A DNA stretch of 64,000 nucleotides from contig CAZMHM010000001.1 of the NCBI GenBank assembly GCA_964566135.1, positions 133,829 through 197,828 of the forward strand, read 5' to 3'. This DNA is from an uncultured Candidatus Saccharibacteria bacterium. GTDB lineage: Bacteria; Patescibacteriota; Saccharimonadia; Saccharimonadales; CAIOMD01. The first letter of the stretch is position 1. Every line of letters starts with the position of its first letter. The position numbers and the translations under genes were made by a program. Below the pieces are notes generated by a model. That model did no database searches, was not told where the DNA came from, and saw only the letters and a list, made by a program, of their open reading frames with translations. Shown here piece by piece: positions 57,050-64,000 of this stretch.

Positions 57050-57105
57050 CCGAAGGGACGGGCGTTCACGACGAACGCCCGTCCCTCGGACGCACATTTT
57101 TGTTT
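57050..57105 (+). terminator. rho-independent terminator of islet H
   Basis: CCGA(a)GGGACGGGCGTTC-acgac-GAACGCCCGTCCCTCGG, then ..TTTTTGTTTG. Confidence 0.7.
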
Positions 57106-57167
57106 GTTATATTGCTAAATTATTTTTAGCCATACAACAAGCGAAGATTATCTTGTACAATACAGGT

Positions 57168-57404
57168 ATGACATCAGAGGTGCCAGATAAGTTCCCAGAT
57201 TTTAGCGGTGATACAAGTGGTACCGATAAAAAACTCTTGCTTGGAGTTGGTGCCCTTGGTGCACTTGGGCTAGCTGGGTTAATTTATAAGTTGGTGTCGG
57301 ATAAATCTCGAACATCAGCCGAAAGCGCCACAGAAAAACCGCCAGAACCAGAGACCGGTGAACCTCACAACCAAGAAAATGGGGGAACCAATGAAGATTT
57401 ATAG
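57168..57404 (+). CDS. small membrane protein
   Basis: Start at ATG 57168. One TM (LLLGVGALGALGLAGLIY). Acidic/Pro-rich tail. Confidence 0.5.
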   Translation: MTSEVPDKFPDFSGDTSGTDKKLLLGVGALGALGLAGLIYKLVSDKSRTSAESATEKPPEPETGEPHNQENGGTNEDL

Positions 57405-58191
57405 CTGGAATGTAAACGGTATTCGGGCAGTCCTTAATAAAGGAACTTTTCAGCAATTTATCACAGAGCACCAGCCAGATATCTTAGGCCTGCAAGAAAC
57501 CAAAGCAAACCAAGATCAGGTAGATATTGATTTATCTGACTACATTGAATACTGGAACAGTGCAGAGAAAAAAGGCTACAGCGGTACTGCAATATTCTCT
57601 AAAACCAAACCACTAAGCATACAGTTTGGTATTCCGGCTGAAATTAGTGAACAGCACGGGCCGTTTGCCGATTCATACGGCGACCCGTTATTAGAAGGCC
57701 GCATTACAACCGCCGAATACGATGATTTTTACTATGTTACCGTTTATACACCTAACAGTAAGGGCGATTTAAGTCGTTTGCAGTTACGGCACAAAATTTG
57801 GGACCCAGGCTTTTTGGCATATCTAAAGCATCTCGAACAAACCAAGCCAGTCATTTTTAGTGGTGATTTAAATGTCGCCTACGCCGAGCAAGATCTTGCC
57901 AACCCAAAAGCAAACGTCGGCAAACACGGATTCACCGACGAAGAGCGTGAAGGTTTCCAAAAATTTTTAGATGCTGGTTTTGTTGATACATTTCGCATGT
58001 TCACACCAACAGGCGATGGCCACTACACCTGGTGGACACATTGGGCTAACGCTAGAGCGCGCAATGTAGGTTGGAGGATTGATTACTTTTTGGTTTCACA
58101 ATCAATAAAAGACAGGGTCAAAAACGCTCAAATCCACGCCGACGTGATGGGTAGTGACCATTGCCCCGTAAGCATAGAACTGGAGGATTAA
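57391..58191 (+). CDS. xth: exodeoxyribonuclease III
   Basis: Start MKIYSWNVNGIRA behind GGGGGA. LQETK, SGDLNVA and GSDHCPV motifs. Confidence 0.9.
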   Translation: MKIYSWNVNGIRAVLNKGTFQQFITEHQPDILGLQETKANQDQVDIDLSDYIEYWNSAEKKGYSGTAIFSKTKPLSIQFGIPAEISEQHGPFADSYGDPLLEGRITTAEYDDFYYVTVYTPNSKGDLSRLQLRHKIWDPGFLAYLKHLEQTKPVIFSGDLNVAYAEQDLANPKANVGKHGFTDEEREGFQKFLDAGFVDTFRMFTPTGDGHYTWWTHWANARARNVGWRIDYFLVSQSIKDRVKNAQIHADVMGSDHCPVSIELED

Positions 58192-58874
58192 TGCCGTTTA
58201 GTCAGAACCTTAGTGATAAGATTCGCGACAAATTAGCCCATAAAGTTGTTGTGCCCTTGGTGGGGCCGTCATCGGTTGGTAAAACCACCATTATGCGCGC
58301 TGTTGTCGCTGCCGACCCCGAGTTTTACCGATCAAGTGGATTCACCACCAGAGATTTACGCGACGGCGAAGAGCCTGATACATACAGATTTTTACCCAAT
58401 ACACCTGAGCAACGTAATGCAATTGTTAAACAGTTTGAAAACGGTGAGCTCATACAATTTGCCATCCACCCAACAACGGGATATTTGTACGGCACGAGCC
58501 TAGAAGATTACAGCGGCAAGTATAATTTATTAGATGTTTTAAGTTCTGAAGTAGCAAACTTTAGGTCGCTTGGTTTTGCAAGCTGCCAAACTATCATGAT
58601 TGTTGCCACACCAGACGATTGGCAAACACGTTTTGCCTCGCGTGAATTTAGCGATGATGAAAATCACAAACGAATTTTAGAAGGTATTGCCAGTTTAACG
58701 TGGGGGCTCGACCAAGGTAATGGTGTGCGCTGGGTAGAAAACAAGGACGACGATATCCGAGATACGGTAAGCCATGTTATTGCCATAGCAAAAAACCAAC
58801 TGCACGAAAACGACGAACGGGCACGAGACATTGCCAATCAACTTTTGAAATATCTCATAGGATTATCACGCTAA
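58191..58874 (+). CDS. guanylate-kinase-like P-loop protein
   Basis: The ATG overlaps the xth stop (TAATG). GPSSVGKTT, then GFTTRDLRDGE..YRF, then YLYGTS. Confidence 0.6.
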   Translation: MPFSQNLSDKIRDKLAHKVVVPLVGPSSVGKTTIMRAVVAADPEFYRSSGFTTRDLRDGEEPDTYRFLPNTPEQRNAIVKQFENGELIQFAIHPTTGYLYGTSLEDYSGKYNLLDVLSSEVANFRSLGFASCQTIMIVATPDDWQTRFASREFSDDENHKRILEGIASLTWGLDQGNGVRWVENKDDDIRDTVSHVIAIAKNQLHENDERARDIANQLLKYLIGLSR

Positions 58875-58875
58875 G

Positions 58876-59351
58876 ATGAACGACATACGACGAACGTTAT
58901 TGTTCCTGGTACAGGATGACCAGATTCTGCTTGCCATGAAAAAACGTGGTTTTGGAGCAGGGCATTGGAATGGCGTTGGAGGCAGCTTGAAGCAGGCGAG
59001 ACCATCACACAAGCTACAATACGCGAATCACAAGAAGAAATAGGGGTCACGCCCCTGATATTCCAACAGGTTGCGGAACTCGATTTTTACGGCGGTAGTA
59101 CCGATGAGGGACAGCATATTTTTGCGTATGTTTTTTTGTGCACCAAGTGGGAGGGTGAGCCTATCGAAAGCGAGGAAATGGCACCCAAATGGTTTAACAA
59201 ATCTGAAATTCCTTATGAGGCTATGTGGCAAGGTGATAGTTTTTGGATTCCAAAAATTTTAGATGGAAAAACGATACGCGCTGTTTTGAGTTTTGATGCT
59301 CACGACAACCTTATTGACATGAAATTCGATGAAACAACATTTGAAACCTAA
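58876..59351 (+). pseudogene. NUDIX (MutT-like) hydrolase interrupted by a 1-nt frameshift inside the Nudix box
   Basis: Frame A (58876-59043) encodes MNDIRRTLLFLVQDDQILLAMKKRGFGAGHWNGVGG. Frame B (ORF 58965-59351) continues ..LEAGETITQATIRESQEEIGV. Restoring one base near 58984 gives GGKLEAGE...REsqEEiGV. Confidence 0.7.
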
Positions 59352-59847
59352 AACATTTGCTGTTATTTACGGCATTGCAGAGGGTAATTTTCACGCTAGA
59401 AAGTTTATCTCTACATGTGCTTCTCATGGACTGACTCTTTCTGACACAGAGGATGCAGATATCATCTTTGCTCATTCGGGCGGTTGTTTTGTTGTACCTG
59501 TAGAAACAAATGCAAAGATACTGCTTATTGGTGTTTCGCCATGGAACGGTATAAACACATTTGCATGCTTAATTAAAAAACTACAGTCTGAGCCACCAAC
59601 ACTAATCGAATTGTTTTGGCATGTAGTTTATCTGCTGGCAAAACCCCGCCATAACTACCGAATGTTGAAAAGGAAAGATTTACCCAATTCAAAGAAGTCA
59701 CAGGTAATATGGAACAAAGACGATGTCTATTTTCCGCAATCAAAAGCTATGTTGCTCGAAGCAAAGTGCTACCGGGTGCACACATTTGATGGCGGCCATG
59801 ATGATATCTGGCATAATCCTGCAAAGTATATAGAATTAGTGGTATGA
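59329..59847 (+). CDS. hypothetical protein, possible small alpha/beta hydrolase
   Basis: AHSGG elbow-like motif and a distal GGHDD motif. 172 aa. Confidence 0.45.
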   Translation: MKQHLKPKTFAVIYGIAEGNFHARKFISTCASHGLTLSDTEDADIIFAHSGGCFVVPVETNAKILLIGVSPWNGINTFACLIKKLQSEPPTLIELFWHVVYLLAKPRHNYRMLKRKDLPNSKKSQVIWNKDDVYFPQSKAMLLEAKCYRVHTFDGGHDDIWHNPAKYIELVV

Positions 59848-60572
59848 GTCAGAAGTTTGCGGTGTTTGATATCGATGGAACATTGTTTAGGTGGCAGCTG
59901 TTTCATGAACTGGTTTTTGAGTTAAAAGATCAGCGACTTTTTGATGCTGAAACGAGCATTGCACTCGATAAGGCGTTTATCGATTGGCGCGGATTAAAAT
60001 CATCGTGGAGCGATTACGAATCACAAGTTGTCAGCGCAATTGTTAACCATATTACCCAAATCGAACCTGCTGAGCTTGAACGCGCAGCGCGCAGGGTCGT
60101 AGCTAAACCTGGCCACAAAGTGTATGCGTATACCGCCCAGCTTGCTAAGGACCTCAAGGGCAAGGGATATTTCTTGCTTGCGCTTAGTGGCTCGCAACAA
60201 GAAATAGCCGAAATATTTGCCAAAAAACATGGTTTTGACGCCTGTATTGGGATGGTCCACGAACGTGATGCAAGTGGCAAGTTTACGGGTAATTACGAAA
60301 GATTTGTTGTCGACAGAAAGGCTAACATCGCCAAAGAGTTTATAGAGGAAAATAATCTTACATATACTGATAGTTATGCTGTTGGCGATAGCGCAGGCGA
60401 TATAGACATGCTTCAACTTGTCGAAAATCCAATTGCATTTAACCCAAGTCAAGAATTATTCGATGCAGCTACCACTCATGGGTGGCCAATTGTCATTGAA
60501 CGCAAAAATATAGCCTACCGGCTCGAGAAAGGTAGCGATGGATACACATTGGCCGAAACAAGACATTTCTAA
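59844..60572 (+). CDS. HAD-superfamily hydrolase (subfamily IB, SerB-like)
   Basis: Motif I FAVFDIDGTL and motif IV GDSAGDIDM. Confidence 0.75.
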   Translation: MSQKFAVFDIDGTLFRWQLFHELVFELKDQRLFDAETSIALDKAFIDWRGLKSSWSDYESQVVSAIVNHITQIEPAELERAARRVVAKPGHKVYAYTAQLAKDLKGKGYFLLALSGSQQEIAEIFAKKHGFDACIGMVHERDASGKFTGNYERFVVDRKANIAKEFIEENNLTYTDSYAVGDSAGDIDMLQLVENPIAFNPSQELFDAATTHGWPIVIERKNIAYRLEKGSDGYTLAETRHF

Positions 60573-61335
60573 ACCACTATATAGCGATTTGTTATGGAGC
60601 AGACCCGAGCAAAAAAGCCTTGCGGGCAAACTACTTGTTATTGGTGGTAACGCGCATGCGATTGCCGCACCAAGCGAAGCTTTTGGAATTGCGCTGAAAC
60701 AGGGAATCGGCGAAGCCAAAGTTGCAATGCCCGATAAAACCCGTAAGCTTCTTGGCCCAAAATTACCCGTTGATATCGAACTTGTAGCCAGCACGCCAAG
60801 TGGTAGTTTTAGCACAAAGGCCGAACAGCCCATTAAAAGTTACATGGCTTGGGCAGACGCAACATTATTTGCTGGTGATATCGGCCGCAATAGTGAAACA
60901 GCAATTTTACTCGAAACACTCGCTAGTAAAATGCCAGGTTTGCAAATTTATACTCGGGATGCTGCTGACTACTTTAATGCCTCGGTTAAAACAATTGTGG
61001 ATAGACCTAATACCTTACTTGTTATTAGCTTGGCGCAATTACAAAAATACTGCCACAGCCTTGCATGGCCAATGGCGGTAACTTTTGATATGGGCGTATC
61101 GCAGTTATGCGCGCTCCTCCACGAGCTAACTTCGGTGCATAAAGCCTCAATTGTCGTGCAATATTCGACATCGATAATTGTAGCGGTTGACGGTGACGTG
61201 GTTATCACAAAACTAGCTACCGAACCAAAAAGTTGGCGCCTTAAAACGGCCGCTGCCGCGAGTGTCTGGTGGCTTCAAAACCAAACAGAACCGCTGAAAG
61301 CAATAAGTACCGCAATCACACAACTCGATTGGTGA
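60538..61335 (+). CDS. YjeF-C/carbohydrate-kinase-fold-like protein (possible NAD(P)HX dehydratase relative)
   Basis: GKLLVIGGNAHAIAAPSEAF..ALKQGIG resembles the G.vlviGGs....GA family N-terminus. Weak. Confidence 0.4.
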   Translation: MDTHWPKQDISKPLYSDLLWSRPEQKSLAGKLLVIGGNAHAIAAPSEAFGIALKQGIGEAKVAMPDKTRKLLGPKLPVDIELVASTPSGSFSTKAEQPIKSYMAWADATLFAGDIGRNSETAILLETLASKMPGLQIYTRDAADYFNASVKTIVDRPNTLLVISLAQLQKYCHSLAWPMAVTFDMGVSQLCALLHELTSVHKASIVVQYSTSIIVAVDGDVVITKLATEPKSWRLKTAAAASVWWLQNQTEPLKAISTAITQLDW

Positions 61336-61366
61336 TTCGAAACTCCTCTGTTAGGATAGGCGGGAA

Positions 61367-62299
61367 ATGATTCAATATTATTACCGCGTAGCAAAAGACC
61401 CAAAAGCCCAGACTATTGATAAGTTTCGGACTGATAGCTGGGTATACTGCGAGGACCCAGACGAGCAAGATTTGCAATTTCTCGAGAGCAAACTTGGGCT
61501 CGACGAAGGCCTTGTAGCCGATGCGCTCGACGCAGACGAGGTACCTCGATTCGAAATAGAAGACGGTATTACGTACTTGTTCACTCGCTTTGCGTATAAA
61601 ACAAGTGGCGGCAAAATTGTCACAGCACCAATTATGATTGCAATTAGCCCAAAGTTTTTCTTAACCTTAACAAGTGTCCCTTGTCCAAAGTTAAAGAATT
61701 TTGCAATGGGCGGCGATGATAATATTACGGCTCAACGCTCCAAGCTACTCCTAGAGGTACTCGAGCTATTGCTCGAGACATACGCGACCCAATTAAATGG
61801 AATTAACCGACAAATTCGTGCCGCACGTACCAGCCTAAACGTAAAGCGTATTAGTAACCGCGACTTCGTGCAGTTCGTCGAAATCGAAGATGTGCTCAAC
61901 GAATTTTTGGGCGACTTGGTGCCGGCAAATAACGTATTGCAGAACTTAACTGGAAGGCGTAAAAACCTTACCTTTAAAGAAGATGACCACGATATGATAG
62001 AGGACTTACAGCTTTCGGCGACCCAGCTTATTGATACCTTGCGCGGGAGTTTAAAAACTGCCGTTAATATTCGCGAGGCGTACACAAATATTTCGACCAA
62101 CAACCTTAACCGACAGGTTAAAATCCTAACCACCATTACCGTAGTACTTACGATACCTACCATCATTGGTAGTTATTTTGGTATGAACGTAAATATACCA
62201 CTTCACGATGACCCACACGCCTTTTTGCTCATTCTCGGTGGCTCGGCAGGGCTTGCGGGCATAATTCTGATAATATTTCGACGCAACGGCTGGCTATAA
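61367..62299 (+). CDS. corA: CorA-family magnesium/cobalt transporter
   Basis: Two C-terminal TM helices with YFGMNV (GMN motif). Confidence 0.85.
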   Translation: MIQYYYRVAKDPKAQTIDKFRTDSWVYCEDPDEQDLQFLESKLGLDEGLVADALDADEVPRFEIEDGITYLFTRFAYKTSGGKIVTAPIMIAISPKFFLTLTSVPCPKLKNFAMGGDDNITAQRSKLLLEVLELLLETYATQLNGINRQIRAARTSLNVKRISNRDFVQFVEIEDVLNEFLGDLVPANNVLQNLTGRRKNLTFKEDDHDMIEDLQLSATQLIDTLRGSLKTAVNIREAYTNISTNNLNRQVKILTTITVVLTIPTIIGSYFGMNVNIPLHDDPHAFLLILGGSAGLAGIILIIFRRNGWL

Positions 62300-62349
62300 C
62301 AACTGCCGACCAATAGTAATCAGCCCTACACGCTGGCTTTTTCCATAAC

Positions 62350-62436
62350 TGGTACCGCAGGCCGGACTTGAACCGGCACGAGGAAATCCTCACAAGATTT
62401 TGAGTCTAGCGCGTCTACCAATTCCGCCACTGCGGC
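62350..62436 (-). tRNA. tRNA-Leu (anticodon CAA), long variable arm, CCA encoded
   Basis: GCCGCAGTGGCGGAATTGGTAGACGCGCTAGACTCAAAATCTTGTGAGGATTTCCTCGTGCCGGTTCAAGTCCGGCCTGCGGTACCA. One U-U mismatch in the anticodon stem. Confidence 0.85.
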
Positions 62437-62561
62437 ACAAGTTGTGAAAAAAGTTTGTCAGCATACACATGGCTTTTGTGAGCCATTACATAAAGCAGGG
62501 GTAATTGTACTATAATTATACGTATAACTAAAAGCCCCATAACAAAGATACCCTAAATATA

Positions 62562-63800
62562 ATGTCCCAGCCCGCCAACGAGTTGCCACTACCACAAGAC
62601 GATTCCACGCCAACAGTTGGCAGTAATGCCGACCAGGCGGTTTCGCTTATTCGCCAAAAAGTGGCGCATGTATATGGCGATGAGCCCGCGGCGGCAGAGG
62701 AAGAAAAAGAAATCAAAGCCATTGGCGCTACCTCTAAGCACCAACGATTTATTCAGAATTTAATGGATTCGGGCAAGAACCTCGTGCAAGTTCAAACTGA
62801 ATGGCACCAGTATTATCAGGGGTTGCCCGACAGCGAGAAGCATGAGGTTTGGCAAGAGTTTTATGCTAATCATGCCCGTAGCGCCACTAAGCTCCATGGC
62901 GCCAATGCGAAGCCGAAGGCTGGACCACCCACACATACGCCGCATGTACCACTAACACACACTGTGGGCCATGTAGATGCCTTTGCAAGCCCTAAGAATC
63001 ACACAAGTAGCAATGCCAGTGGCGACGACATCAAAGCACAGTTACTTAACCGCGTTTCGGGTAAGGGAAAGCTCCAAAAAAAGCATCACATACAATCACT
63101 ACTTTTTGGCCTTGGCATGGGTATGGTCGTTATTGTGATATTTATGTTTGGGTTCTTTAACGAACGATTCATCGCGCCATTCGTAACACCAAGTCGCAAT
63201 GTAAGCGACACACCAATTATTGTGGACCCAGTCGCGAGTAATAGCGTAGGGCCAGAAAATAAAGTCATTATTCCGAAGATTAATGTTGAGGTACCCGTTG
63301 TATACGACGTACCAGGCATCAGCGAAAAGGATTTACAGAGCGCACTCGAACGCGGCGTTGTACACTATCCACAATCGCCCGTGCCGGGCCAAAATGGCAA
63401 TGTGGTAGTGGTAGGACACTCTTCAAATAACATTTTTAATAATGGAAAATATAAGTTTGCCTTTGTGCTCCTGAGCAAACTGCAAGAGGGTGATACCTTT
63501 ATGCTCAATTACAACGGGCAACGATACGTTTATAAAATTTATAGTAAGAAAATCGTAAAACCAAACGATGTCTCGGTCCTTGGACCAACAGACAAGCTAG
63601 CTACAGCTACGCTTATTACCTGTGACCCGCCTGGCACTGCGCTTAATCGTTTGATAATCGTAGGTGAACAAATTAGCCCAGCGACCAATAATAATATTGC
63701 AGCAGCACCGACAAGCACGAATGTGGCCGGCACTCCAGCAATACTGCCAGGTAATGCAGAATCACTGTTTCATCGGTTATTTGGTTGGTTATCTGATTAG
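62562..63800 (+). CDS. sortase-family transpeptidase with long N-terminal extension and TM anchor
   Basis: Catalytic VVVGHSS and TLITCDP motifs. TM LLFGLGMGMVVIVIFMFGFF. Confidence 0.8.
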   Translation: MSQPANELPLPQDDSTPTVGSNADQAVSLIRQKVAHVYGDEPAAAEEEKEIKAIGATSKHQRFIQNLMDSGKNLVQVQTEWHQYYQGLPDSEKHEVWQEFYANHARSATKLHGANAKPKAGPPTHTPHVPLTHTVGHVDAFASPKNHTSSNASGDDIKAQLLNRVSGKGKLQKKHHIQSLLFGLGMGMVVIVIFMFGFFNERFIAPFVTPSRNVSDTPIIVDPVASNSVGPENKVIIPKINVEVPVVYDVPGISEKDLQSALERGVVHYPQSPVPGQNGNVVVVGHSSNNIFNNGKYKFAFVLLSKLQEGDTFMLNYNGQRYVYKIYSKKIVKPNDVSVLGPTDKLATATLITCDPPGTALNRLIIVGEQISPATNNNIAAAPTSTNVAGTPAILPGNAESLFHRLFGWLSD

Positions 63801-64000
63801 TTAACGAGTAGTTTGCCGTTTTGTAGGCCAGTGTGGCCATCTGCCTGTGGCACAAGAGTATATAGATATTCGTAGTCTCTATCAAAATACGGCGTAAATT
63901 CTTGGCGGCTCGCAGTTAATGTTTGCAAATTTGTACCATCAAAATCAAAAACCTGAACTTTACCATCCGTAACAACGCTTAGCCGATGGCCATCCATCCA
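63797..64000 (-). CDS. hypothetical protein, partial (5' end beyond the window)
   Basis: The frame is open to the window end. The C-terminus ..VTDGKVQVFDFDGTNLQTL.. looks like a beta-propeller strand pattern. Confidence 0.5.
   Translation of the reverse strand, partial: WMDGHRLSVVTDGKVQVFDFDGTNLQTLTASRQEFTPYFDRDYEYLYTLVPQADGHTGLQNGKLLVN

Noticed and set aside
17630-57105. Integron gene cassettes, transposons or a prophage as the explanation for the GC-rich islets.
   Set aside because: No integrase, transposase or array organisation is present. The hairpins lack recognisable attC core sites (RYYYAAC/GTTRRRY). The islets are dispersed and individually promoter-equipped. No phage structural or lysis genes were recognised.
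55852-57167. A tmRNA (ssrA) gene next to smpB.
   Set aside because: No GGGG...UUCGAC 5' end, tag reading frame or tRNA-like GGTTCGAATCC...CCA 3' end could be found in the flanks. The region is filled by GC-rich islets G and H.
1-64000. CRISPR arrays or cas genes.
   Set aside because: Reading through all intergenic regions showed no regularly spaced direct repeats. The largest non-coding gaps (6555-7041, 39051-39455, 47084-47457, 62300-62561) contain tRNAs, hairpins or unique sequence only.

Overview
This is a 64-kb, densely coding bacterial chromosomal window. I call about 80 CDS on both strands, 2 tRNA genes and no rRNA, CRISPR array or transposase. Hand counts on 60-nt lines give a background of roughly 40-47% G+C.

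The gene content is many small secreted or membrane orphans, a sortase, a GH16-FN3 glucanase, an L,D-transpeptidase, SmpB, RsmG, Xth, CorA, a UvrD-type helicase-nuclease and very little metabolism. This suggests a small-genome, cell-wall-associated bacterium, plausibly a Patescibacteria/Saccharibacteria-like epibiont. That placement is inference only, because no search was possible.

Main observations:
1. Eight short (0.3-0.7 kb) islets of about 58-67% G+C are scattered between 17.6 and 57.1 kb. Each holds one or two GC3-saturated ORFs, with an AT-rich sigma70-like promoter upstream and a long GC hairpin downstream. They look like repeatedly captured genes from a high-GC donor (Actinomycetota or an actinophage).
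2. A complete type I R-M operon (hsdM-hsdS-X-hsdR) carries a translationally coupled PIN-domain gene in the position that the anticodon nuclease PrrC occupies in EcoprrI. I read it as a candidate latent RNase back-up defence.
3. Two candidate structured RNAs were found, at 6640-6760 and about 47221-47448.
4. Other points: a duplicated tRNA-Gln 5' half, a frameshifted NUDIX gene, an mTERF-repeat-like protein, a PAP2-kinase-flippase-like fusion and a paralogous secreted-domain pair.

All family calls rest on motifs read by eye. Starts were adjusted from the ORF track where an RBS or ATG argued for it. No database, folding or statistical computation was run.
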